Of a stretch of DNA of 64,000 bases, positions 18,732 to 26,555 are shown piece after piece. Under the pieces are notes generated by a model. The model was not told where the DNA came from. It searched no databases and worked only from the letters and a program-made list of their open reading frames with translations. How positions within the stretch are numbered: position 1 is the first letter of the stretch; each line of letters opens with the position of its first letter. A program made the translations under genes and the position numbers. The stretch lies in assembly GCA_043764095.1 (NCBI GenBank), contig JAYUKX010000056.1:74175-138174 (forward strand), in the 5' to 3' direction. The stretch is from Chitinophagales bacterium (GTDB lineage: Bacteria > Bacteroidota > Bacteroidia > Chitinophagales > Saprospiraceae).

Positions 18732-19130
18732 ATGTTGTTATTCTTTTATTTTTGGTTAAGCACCCAATCAATGAACATACAAATAAACAATATCCAAACA
18801 GGACATGGGCAGGTATTAGTGGCTGTTTATCAACAAGCAGAAGGCTTTATGTCGGTAGATAAGGCTATTTTCAAACAAGCCTATCCGATCACTAAAAAAG
18901 GTGCAATTAGCATTGATCTGCCTGAATTAGCAGAAGGTAATTATGCTATTTCTTGTTTCCACGATTTGAATAATAATGGTGTTTTGGACAAAAATATGCT
19001 GGGCATCCCGACCGAGCCTTATGGTTTTTCACAAGGGATAAGACCAAAATTCAGGGCACCTACTTGGGACGAAGCAAAATTCAAATACAAAAAAGGAGGG
19101 CAAGTCGGGATCTGGCTGGAGAAATGGTAG
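18732..19130 (+). CDS. DUF2141 domain protein
   Basis: 132 aa. GQVLVAVY...FHDLNNNGVLDKNMLGIPTEPYGFS is characteristic of DUF2141. Confidence 0.7.
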   Translation: MLLFFYFWLSTQSMNIQINNIQTGHGQVLVAVYQQAEGFMSVDKAIFKQAYPITKKGAISIDLPELAEGNYAISCFHDLNNNGVLDKNMLGIPTEPYGFSQGIRPKFRAPTWDEAKFKYKKGGQVGIWLEKW

Positions 19131-19223
19131 TTGCAAAATTTTAAAGAAAACGGTTGAATCTCGACGTATGAGCGGGACAGCCGTCGTTCCACCCATGCAC
19201 AGCATTGGGTGTCCATTATAAAG

Positions 19224-19259
19224 GGGTAGTGCGCTATGGCGTGCTACCCTATTTTTTTT
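19224..19259 (+). terminator. Intrinsic terminator of the SDR-DUF2141 unit
   Basis: Stem GGGTAGTGCGC / GCGTGCTACCC (two G-U pairs) with a TATG loop, followed by T-A-T8. Confidence 0.6.
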
Positions 19260-19266
19260 GAAAAAA

Positions 19267-19324
19267 CTTAGCCGTTCCCATTTCGGCCCAAAAACGATCT
19301 GTTTTTGATCCGAAACCACTGGCA
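19267..19324. repeat. Short (58-bp) copy of the 17708-17876 element, consisting of the two ends only
   Basis: CTTAGCCGTTCCCATTTCGGCCCAAAAACGATCTGTTTTTGATCCGAAACCACTGGCA equals the left end plus the right end of the long copy, in the same orientation. Confidence 0.6.
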
Positions 19325-19361
19325 AAATTTTTTTTCAAAAAAAATAATGAAATTAGAAGTT

Positions 19362-19663
19362 TGGCACGGAAGTTGTATTTATATAAACATCACTGACAGC
19401 GTGATTTTTTTAATCCTTATTATTTAATCCAACAACCGATCAAGAAATAGGGCCTCTAGTGGTCTTAAATCCGTGGAGAGGGGCCAGTTCCACTGGGGGG
19501 TAGGGCTGGCCTCCTCGCCACAAATTCTTTCAACTTTTTTCTGGATAGATCCGTACTTTAACCGTATAAATAAATGTCTATCAAAATATAAATAACATTT
19601 TTTCAGTATAATCCCATGACGCAAACGGGTAGGTGGACTTCGGTTAACCTACCGTTTTTTTTT
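19362..19663 (+). ncRNA. Candidate ~300-nt structured non-coding RNA of unknown family
   Basis: There is no plus-strand ORF above ~20 codons. The start has a sigma-54-like TGGCACG-N4-TTGT (19362-19376) overlapping a near -7 box, GAAGTTTG. Inside, GAGAGGGGCCAG...CTGGCCTCCTC can pair. The unit ends in a strong plus-strand terminator (stem ACGGGTAGGT/ACCTACCGT, C(UUCG)G loop, T9) at 19625-19663. Confidence 0.3.
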
Positions 19664-19695
19664 GTGTAAACGGCTCACTAAAGGTCAATAATTGC

Positions 19696-20364
19696 CTACT
19701 TTTCAGGTGCTTTATTAATAAATCTACCATAATAATCATAGCCATTCATCACCCAGGTTACTTCATATCTATCTTTGCCCTCCCCATTAAGCATATAAAG
19801 ATACTTTCTTCGGTTATCATTAGAAAGATACGCCTTAAAATAGTGTTGCGGCTTTTTTCTATCTTTTTTTGTTTTGCAATAGTATATTGGAACTTCGTAA
19901 ATGCCATCAAATGCATTTTCAGGAATTCTAACCCTATATTTTTCATGAAAGAAATCAATTCTACTGACTTGTCTTTTAGGAAGTCGGTTAGAAATTCCAT
20001 AACATGAATGATCATCTATTGCTAAAATGATAGAATCTTTACCGTAAGTAATGCTATGATTTAATATGTCAAATGGCTTAAAACTAATATAGAATGCCCA
20101 ATGTGTGCTATACCAATCTGCTTTTTCTAATCCTACGACTGAATCACCAGAATAAGTTAGTGGAATCTCTTTAAGTATTATACCCATATCACTATAGTCT
20201 TTATTTCCCGAAGCACCTGCAATGGTAAAATAATCCATTTCTCGATGTACAATAGAGTCGTTGATTATTGATTTGGCATGATGCTCATTTTGCCCAAAAC
20301 AAATGGATTGGGACGATAAGAAAAATGAAAAAATACCTAAAAAGATAAAGATGAATACACGCAT
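19696..20364 (-). CDS. Hypothetical secreted protein encoded by an AT-rich gene
   Basis: 222 aa with signal peptide MRVFIFIFLGIFSFFLSSQS. I recognise no family motif. The gene is visibly more AT-rich than its neighbours. Confidence 0.5.
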   Translation of the reverse strand: MRVFIFIFLGIFSFFLSSQSICFGQNEHHAKSIINDSIVHREMDYFTIAGASGNKDYSDMGIILKEIPLTYSGDSVVGLEKADWYSTHWAFYISFKPFDILNHSITYGKDSIILAIDDHSCYGISNRLPKRQVSRIDFFHEKYRVRIPENAFDGIYEVPIYYCKTKKDRKKPQHYFKAYLSNDNRRKYLYMLNGEGKDRYEVTWVMNGYDYYGRFINKAPEK

Positions 20365-20365
20365 A

Positions 20366-20523
20366 AGGAATGAAATTTAAATAAAGGTACAAATTTGGGG
20401 AGATGATTTTGGCTCTATCAAGGCATGAAGAGGGCGTTTAGTGGTGCTAAACAACCGATAAATAACGAAGAGAGGGGCAAAATGAAGCCGCCAAATCTGT
20501 ACGTTTATTTAAATTTCATTCCT
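20366..20523. repeat. 158-bp palindromic element with 20-bp perfect terminal inverted repeats
   Basis: AGGAATGAAATTTAAATAAA (20366-20385) pairs with TTTATTTAAATTTCATTCCT (20504-20523). The arms extend imperfectly for ~15 more bp. The element starts 2 nt upstream of the ATG at 20364. Confidence 0.6.
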
Positions 20524-20625
20524 AATAGTAAAAAGCAGTTTTAAGAGATATTATACGAAACCAAGTATCTCTTATTGTTTAAGGTCTAAATGATAAAAGG
20601 AAATATTGTCAATGCCTCTTCCACC

Positions 20626-21711
20626 TTAAACACTCCCATCTATACCCGGCTCACCAGCCAATACCCGCACCTGCTTATCCGGCATGACATGCAACATGAT
20701 ATAATTCAACAACACCGTAGATAACACCAATACCAAAAGTAGTCGATTGATACCAATATCTTGCAGCCCAACAGTAAGTCCAATCAGTAATACATTTACA
20801 GCACAAAGAATACCTGTCGATTCCATGTGCGAGTATCCTTTAGCCAAAATCAGGTGGTGAATATGGGTCTTATCGGCATGAAACGGCGAATGCCCGTGCA
20901 TCATTCGGCGTAAAAAGACCCGCATGGTATCATAAATCGGCAATATCATAACACTGAGCGCTACTACCGGTGCACCATCAAAGAAATAAATACTATCAGA
21001 AGGGAGTGTTTTACTCAAAGCGATAAACTCAAACGACATCACCGAGCAAGTAAGACCAATCAGCAGCGAGCCCGTGTCGCCCATAAAAATCCGAGCCGGT
21101 GTGAAATTAAATTTAAGAAAAGCCGTCAGGGCACCTACCATAGAAATAGCCACAGTAGCCCATTCAACGTGACCCGTTAAGAAAAACCAACTACCAAAAA
21201 ACATGGAAGCAATCAGTCCAATACTCCCTGCAAGGCCATTGATCCCATCAATCAAATTATACGCATTAACAATACCTACAATAGCAATCAGGGAAAATAT
21301 AAAACAAAACAACTCATTGAGTTCGTTGACCCCTAGAATACCCCACAAGTCGGTAATACAAACCTTTGCTTTATAGATCAAAATAACCGCTGCTAATACC
21401 TGAATTACTAATTTTTTAAACGGCGGAATTGGCACAAGATCATCGCGGGTGCCTACGAGGAACAACAGAATAATAGCGGCTAAGGTATATTGTAATTGGC
21501 CAAAATACACGGTGGGTGTCCATAAAATTACACCACAAATAACACCACCAAAAATACCAATACCACCCAATGAAGGCGTTGGAGTAGAGTGGGAACTCCG
21601 GCCATTCGGCTGGTCAAAAAGTTTGCGCGCCTTTGCTACAGTGATGATGGCGGGAATGGCCATATAGGTGATTACAAAGGACGTAATAAACCCAAGTATA
21701 AGTACACTCAT
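20626..21711 (-). CDS. WecA/MraY-family (GT4) undecaprenyl-phosphate sugar-1-phosphate transferase
   Basis: 361-aa polytopic protein with NAYNLIDGINGLAG and FMGDTGSLLIG motifs. Confidence 0.85.
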   Translation of the reverse strand: MSVLILGFITSFVITYMAIPAIITVAKARKLFDQPNGRSSHSTPTPSLGGIGIFGGVICGVILWTPTVYFGQLQYTLAAIILLFLVGTRDDLVPIPPFKKLVIQVLAAVILIYKAKVCITDLWGILGVNELNELFCFIFSLIAIVGIVNAYNLIDGINGLAGSIGLIASMFFGSWFFLTGHVEWATVAISMVGALTAFLKFNFTPARIFMGDTGSLLIGLTCSVMSFEFIALSKTLPSDSIYFFDGAPVVALSVMILPIYDTMRVFLRRMMHGHSPFHADKTHIHHLILAKGYSHMESTGILCAVNVLLIGLTVGLQDIGINRLLLVLVLSTVLLNYIMLHVMPDKQVRVLAGEPGIDGSV

Positions 21712-21829
21712 AAGACGATTAGTTGGTATGAAACTGGGAATAAAATAATGTAAAAGATTAAAACGAAAGAACGAGGACTAAGTCACAAAAATATAAAAAA
21801 ACAAGGCAATTAAGGTTACTTACTGTGAT

Positions 21830-21983
21830 TAGAGATTATGTAACTTTATTTTTGAGGCCGGCCCCTCCCCATCTTCTTTCCTTTTTTCGCCGTAATTACC
21901 CCATTATGGCTACAAAAAGCGCATTGCTAGGAACAAAAATCTCTAATTCCGGCCTATACAAAAATAAAATCACATAATCTCTA
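21830..21983. repeat. 154-bp palindromic intergenic element between the alkaline phosphatase and WecA-like genes
   Basis: The left arm is TAGAGATTATGTAACTTTATTTTTGAGGCCGG. The reverse complement of the right arm is TAGAGATTATGTGATTTTATTTTTGTATAGGCCGG. The outer 12 bp are perfect, and the right arm abuts the phosphatase stop codon. Confidence 0.5.
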
Positions 21984-23102
21984 TTAATTCCACCCCATTG
22001 CTTTTTTTATTTTATAAAAAATATCTGTATTATCGTAGATACCGTTAAAAAAATCGGCACCGGGGCCATAAGCAAATACGGGAATCATGGATGCTGTATG
22101 ACCTTTGCTTGTGAATTTAAGATCCAAAGAATCCAAATTGGAGCCTTGAAGAATAGACATACCTCCCGTTTCGTGGTCAGCAGTTACAACAACTAATGTT
22201 TCGCCATCTTTTTTGGCAAAATCTAAAGCATTGGCAATTGCCTTTTCAAAATCTGCCATTTCTGCAATTAGGGTTAGTTTATCGTTACTATGACCAGCCC
22301 AATCAATTTGCGAACCTTCTACCACCATAAAAAAACCTCGGCTATTGTCGCGTTTTTGGATAAAAGAAATGCCTTTTTGGGTCATTTCAGGCAAAAAAGT
22401 ACGACCCTTCAATACCGATGGTGGTTCTTCATCAGAAGTAATCCAAAAAAATGGGCGTTCAGTACCCGGTATTTTCGGTATGGAATCATAACGGTTAGTG
22501 GATACTTGATAGCCTGTTTTTTCCATCTCCTGCACTAGATTTCTTTTATCTTTGGTGCGTTTGTTAAAATACTTGCCTCCGCCACCGATCAAAAAATCAA
22601 TACGATTTTGTACCAACCACACTGCTATCTCCTCCATATTGGAACGTTCAGTTACATGTGCAAAAAATGAGGCGGGCGTGGCGTGGGTAATGCTACATGT
22701 CACCACAATACCCGTGGACATACCCAGCGAATCTGCTGTTTCCAATAATGTTGGACAGGGGTGCTTTTTTGCGTCTAAGCCTATGGCGCCATTAAAGGTT
22801 TTGCAACCACAAGAAAAAGCGGTTGCGCCTGCTCCTGAATCGGTGATCAAGTGATTGGCAGATTGGGTTGTCATTAAACCAGTTACAGGAAAACGATCAA
22901 AAACGGTGTTGTTGCGCTGAGCGTACATAGAGGCCGTAATTTGACCTAAGCCCATTCCATCGCCTACCATAAAAATAATATTTTTAGGGCGTTTGGCGGT
23001 TTCCTGTGAAACGCCATAAGTCATTGCACCCAAAAGGCCGGCTGCAGAAAGAGTAAGTACTATCTTTAGTATTGGATTCAATGCTGTAATTTGATGTGTC
23101 AA
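21984..23102 (-). CDS. Alkaline phosphatase (PhoA family)
   Basis: 372 aa with a signal peptide, MVGDGMGLGQ, the active-site TDSGAGATAFSCG, and DHETGG and GHT near the C-terminus. The start is TTG at 23102. Confidence 0.88.
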   Translation of the reverse strand: MTHQITALNPILKIVLTLSAAGLLGAMTYGVSQETAKRPKNIIFMVGDGMGLGQITASMYAQRNNTVFDRFPVTGLMTTQSANHLITDSGAGATAFSCGCKTFNGAIGLDAKKHPCPTLLETADSLGMSTGIVVTCSITHATPASFFAHVTERSNMEEIAVWLVQNRIDFLIGGGGKYFNKRTKDKRNLVQEMEKTGYQVSTNRYDSIPKIPGTERPFFWITSDEEPPSVLKGRTFLPEMTQKGISFIQKRDNSRGFFMVVEGSQIDWAGHSNDKLTLIAEMADFEKAIANALDFAKKDGETLVVVTADHETGGMSILQGSNLDSLDLKFTSKGHTASMIPVFAYGPGADFFNGIYDNTDIFYKIKKAMGWN

Positions 23103-23109
23103 AGTTCTG

Positions 23110-23117
23110 CAAAGATA
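23110..23117 (-). promoter_or_regulatory. -7 promoter box (TATCTTTG on the minus strand) for the alkaline phosphatase gene
   Basis: CAAAGATA on the plus strand lies 8 nt upstream of the TTG start. Confidence 0.4.
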
Positions 23118-23216
23118 CGAATGAAGTACTTAATATAGCCTATAAACTTAAAATTTAGCCTAAAGCTAACATTGGAGGACAATTGTTTCTTTTACTAACA
23201 GGTTGTTTTTTGGGCA

Positions 23217-24752
23217 TCAAAATGGAATATCTTCATCGTTCATACGGGAAGGGATAGAAGTAGATGGCGTAAATGGCCCCGACAAAGAACTTTCCATACT
23301 GCCGGAGAAGGATGGGTCGTCGAGGTTAGAAAATTTGGCAAAAGTGTCCGTAAACTTAATTTTTACAGTATCCAATGCACCATTCCTGTGTTTTGCCACG
23401 ATAAATTCGGCTACACTTTTCAAACTTTGGCCTTCTTCGTCTTCCAAAATACCGTAGTACTCCGGTCGATAAATGAAGGAAACAATATCAGCATCCTGCT
23501 CAATGGCACCAGATTCACGTAAGTCACTCAATTGTGGACGTTTGTTGCCACCGCGGGTTTCCACAGCACGGCTCAATTGCGAGAGTGCAATCACGGGCAC
23601 GCTCAGTTCCTTGGCCATATTTTTCAACGCACGTGAAATACCCGAAATTTCTTGTTCGCGGTTGGTGTTTTTACCTTCGGAAGAACCCGTCATCAATTGA
23701 AGGTAGTCAATAATCACCATTTGGATATTGTGCTGCATTTTGAGGCGACGGCATTTAGCGCGCAACTCAAAGATATTGATACCCGGCGTATCATCGATAA
23801 AAATTGGTACTTTCGATAGTGTATCTACTGTTTTTTGGAGTTGTTGCCATTCCCAATCTTCCAGTTTGCCATTCCGCATTTTGGAGCCTTGTATTTCGGC
23901 TTCCATGGAGATCAAACGCGACACCAATTGTGTACTACCCATTTCTAGCGAAAACAGCGCAACTGGTTTCCCAAAATCCTTAGCGGCATTGAGGGTCATG
24001 GCCAATACCATACTCGTTTTACCCATACCGGGTCGTGCCGCAAGGATGATTAAATCGGAGGGTTGCCACCCCGAAGTGAGCCGATCCAGATCCGTAAAAC
24101 CAGTAGGAACCCCTGTGAGGCCATCGGCTTTTTGCGACATTTCCTCAATTTGCTTGAGTACCTTGCTCGCCAATGTGTCCATCGATTCGTAACTCCTGCT
24201 CAGGTTGTTTTGGGTAATACCAAATAATCCTTTTTCGGCATCATCGAGTAGGTCAAAAACATCGGTAGTGTCCTCGTATGCATCCTTGATAATACCCGTA
24301 CTGACGCGGATCAATTCGCGTTGGATATGTTTCTGAGCAATGATACGAGCATGAAATTCAATATTAGCCGCTGATGCTACGCGGTTGGTGAGCTCTACCA
24401 AATAATACGGACCACCTACTTTTTCTAAATCACCACTTTTGCGCAACTCCTCTGTTACTGTTAACAAATCGACAGGATTGGAACGCTCAAATAATTTAAT
24501 CACCGACTTATAAATATGCTGGTGTGCTTCGAGATAAAAGCTATCCGAACGCAAAATATCCATCACCACAGGCAAGGCTTCCCGATCAAGCATTAACGCA
24601 CCCAGCACCGCTTCTTCTAATTGAAGTGCTTGTGGTTGTACTTTGCCAAACACGTAAGTGGAAAGCCCTTCTGCATTTTGTCGAGAAGAGTTCTGTTTAC
24701 CTTTTCGGTTCGAACTACCTTGTTGATCTGATTTTGAATATTCTTCTGCCAT
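23217..24752 (-). CDS. dnaB: Replicative DNA helicase DnaB
   Basis: 511 aa with Walker A AARPGMGKTS, IIDYLQLM and SQLSRAVETRG motifs, plus a low-complexity N-terminal tail. Confidence 0.95.
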   Translation of the reverse strand: MAEEYSKSDQQGSSNRKGKQNSSRQNAEGLSTYVFGKVQPQALQLEEAVLGALMLDREALPVVMDILRSDSFYLEAHQHIYKSVIKLFERSNPVDLLTVTEELRKSGDLEKVGGPYYLVELTNRVASAANIEFHARIIAQKHIQRELIRVSTGIIKDAYEDTTDVFDLLDDAEKGLFGITQNNLSRSYESMDTLASKVLKQIEEMSQKADGLTGVPTGFTDLDRLTSGWQPSDLIILAARPGMGKTSMVLAMTLNAAKDFGKPVALFSLEMGSTQLVSRLISMEAEIQGSKMRNGKLEDWEWQQLQKTVDTLSKVPIFIDDTPGINIFELRAKCRRLKMQHNIQMVIIDYLQLMTGSSEGKNTNREQEISGISRALKNMAKELSVPVIALSQLSRAVETRGGNKRPQLSDLRESGAIEQDADIVSFIYRPEYYGILEDEEGQSLKSVAEFIVAKHRNGALDTVKIKFTDTFAKFSNLDDPSFSGSMESSLSGPFTPSTSIPSRMNDEDIPF

Positions 24753-24756
24753 TTCG

Positions 24757-24764
24757 CAAATATA
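24757..24764 (-). promoter_or_regulatory. -7 promoter box (TATATTTG on the minus strand) placed 4 nt before the dnaB ATG
   Basis: The minus strand reads TATATTTG-CGAA-ATG. Confidence 0.45.
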
Positions 24765-24816
24765 GCATGAATTTGGTACTTCATACTTTCAAAACAATCC
24801 GTATTGACCCCATTTC

Positions 24817-25015
24817 TGTGGAAAAGCCAAGTCGCAATGTTGATAACTATGGGAATAAAGTGGGTTACTCACATGATTTATTGGTTTTCCACACTATTTA
24901 TCCACAAGGCACCTTTAATGTTAAGCCTAGGTTAAGTGCATGAATAATAGACAGTTAGCATAGAATTTCAAAAGAAAATCACTGTGCGGGAATACTTTTT
25001 ACTCGATGTGGACAA
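24817..25015. promoter_or_regulatory. Cluster of five DnaA boxes, either a DnaA-regulated dnaB promoter or a candidate oriC/DnaA-titration site
   Basis: The boxes are TTATCCACA at 24898-24906 (perfect), TTTTCCACA at 24885-24893, TTTTCCACA (minus strand) at 24817-24825, TTATCAACA (minus) at 24838-24846 and TTGTCCACA (minus) at 25007-25015. An AT-rich, T-run-rich tract follows at 25016-25079. Confidence 0.5.
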
Positions 25016-25079
25016 CTTTTTTTAAAATGATTTTGACACACAAAGATACTATTTTTTGTTTGGATTTTTTTTGTTTTTG

Positions 25080-25115
25080 TTGGTGGTTAGTCGAGATGAG
25101 TTGACTAACCACCAA
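25080..25115 (-). terminator. 13-bp perfect hairpin just after the PD40/TolB-like gene; no U-tract on the minus strand
   Basis: TTGGTGGTTAGTC-N10-GACTAACCACCAA lies 8 nt downstream of the stop at 25123. Confidence 0.35.
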
Positions 25116-25122
25116 CCCAACA

Positions 25123-26214
25123 TTAATCTACCCAATCTGCTACAAAAACATTGGTATCACGTCCGCCACCATTGTCGCGGTTACTACAGAATACCAGTTT
25201 TTTGCCATCGGGAGAGAACATAGCAAATGCATTAAAAATACTTTCCGTTGTGATCTGGGTTAGACCAGTACCATCTATATTGATCATGTACAACTGAAAA
25301 TCGTATCCACGCGTGGCATGGTGGTTGCTGGAAAAAATAATTTTTTTACCATCGGGATGGAAATAAGGTGCCCAATTGGCCTTACCCAATTTGGTAATTT
25401 GCTTAAGGTTGGTACCATCCACATTTACCGTATAAATTTCCATATTAGTGGGTGCTACCAGCCCTTTAGCCAAATAATCTTTGTATTCTTTAATCTCCGC
25501 TTCGGTAGTCGGGCGGCTCGCTCTGAACACCAATTGTTTGCCATCGGCGGAGAAAAACGCACCGCCATCATAGCCTAATCCGGTCGTAATTTGTTTTTGA
25601 TTGGAGCCATCCGTATCCATGATCCATAGTTCTAAGTCACCGGAGCGATCGCTGGTAAATACAATTTTGTCGCCCTTTGGACTTACCACGGCCTCTGCGT
25701 CATAGCCTTTTGTATTGGTCAATTGTTTGATCAATTTACCTTTTTTATTGGCTACAAAAATATCATAAGTATCAAAAACAGGCCATAAATATTTGCCTCC
25801 TTCGCGCAAATTACCCGTATGTGGGCAAGACGCACCGCCTTCGTGCGTGCTGGCATAAAGAATATCTTTCCCGTTTGGCATAAAAAACGAGCAAGTAGTA
25901 CGGCCTTTCATGGTACTGATCGGCTTTGGGCGATAAGTTGGGTTATTGGCCGCTTTATCCACATCAATCCTAAATATTTGATCGCATTGCAGTCCCCATT
26001 TAGGGTTATTGCTCTGAAAAGTAAGGAATTTGCTGTTCGGACTCCAATAGGCTTCCGCATTATCACCGCCAAAAGTGATTTGGCGAATATTTTTTAAATG
26101 TACCTTCTCCTCTACGGCAGGTTTAGGAGTAGGAGTTGCCTCTGTTTTTTGAGCAGATAGTATATGAGTGCTCAATAACGCGCACAAAATAAAATTACGA
26201 CTGAGTAATTGCAT
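25123..26214 (-). CDS. Periplasmic PD40/WD40-like beta-propeller protein (TolB-like)
   Basis: Repeated PD40 motifs are present (WSPNSKFLTF, SPKGDKIVFTSDRSG, FSADGKQLVFRASR, FHPDGKKIIFSSN, FSPDGKKLVFCSNRD). I chose the start at MQLLSRNFILCALLSTHILSAQ (signal peptide); the ORF is open to 26292. Confidence 0.8.
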   Translation of the reverse strand: MQLLSRNFILCALLSTHILSAQKTEATPTPKPAVEEKVHLKNIRQITFGGDNAEAYWSPNSKFLTFQSNNPKWGLQCDQIFRIDVDKAANNPTYRPKPISTMKGRTTCSFFMPNGKDILYASTHEGGASCPHTGNLREGGKYLWPVFDTYDIFVANKKGKLIKQLTNTKGYDAEAVVSPKGDKIVFTSDRSGDLELWIMDTDGSNQKQITTGLGYDGGAFFSADGKQLVFRASRPTTEAEIKEYKDYLAKGLVAPTNMEIYTVNVDGTNLKQITKLGKANWAPYFHPDGKKIIFSSNHHATRGYDFQLYMINIDGTGLTQITTESIFNAFAMFSPDGKKLVFCSNRDNGGGRDTNVFVADWVD

Positions 26215-26465
26215 AGAATAATGTTGTTTTACGATGATGTTTTTTTTTAAAAACGGCGCAAGATTAGCAATTAAACCTAACAATTCAGTCAATTTTTAGT
26301 CAATTTTATATATGCTGATGTGCGTTACCTTAACAAACAACGGGAAAGTACTTACCCGCAAAAAACAGAAGGGCATGTTATGCGAGGCTAAAACAATTTT
26401 ATTGGAATGGTAATCAACAATTTAATACACTTGAACATATTCATTTGAGGTACGTATTTTGGCCG

Positions 26466-26473
26466 TATATTTG
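26466..26473 (+). promoter_or_regulatory. -7 promoter box TATATTTG upstream of cinA
   Basis: Exact TAnnTTTG match 82 nt upstream of the ATG at 26556. Confidence 0.35.
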
Positions 26474-26555
26474 CACCGCTTTTCAGGACTCTAAGTGGTG
26501 GTTTAAGGCGATAAAATTTAATTTATCATAAGGCAAATAGCCTATTTATACAAAT

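Noticed and set aside
19362-19376. A firm annotation of TGGCACGGAAGTTGT as a sigma-54 promoter.
   Set aside because: The -12 element is TTGT rather than TTGC, no enhancer-binding protein gene is nearby, and a near sigma-A -7 box overlaps it. I keep it only as part of the ncRNA hypothesis.
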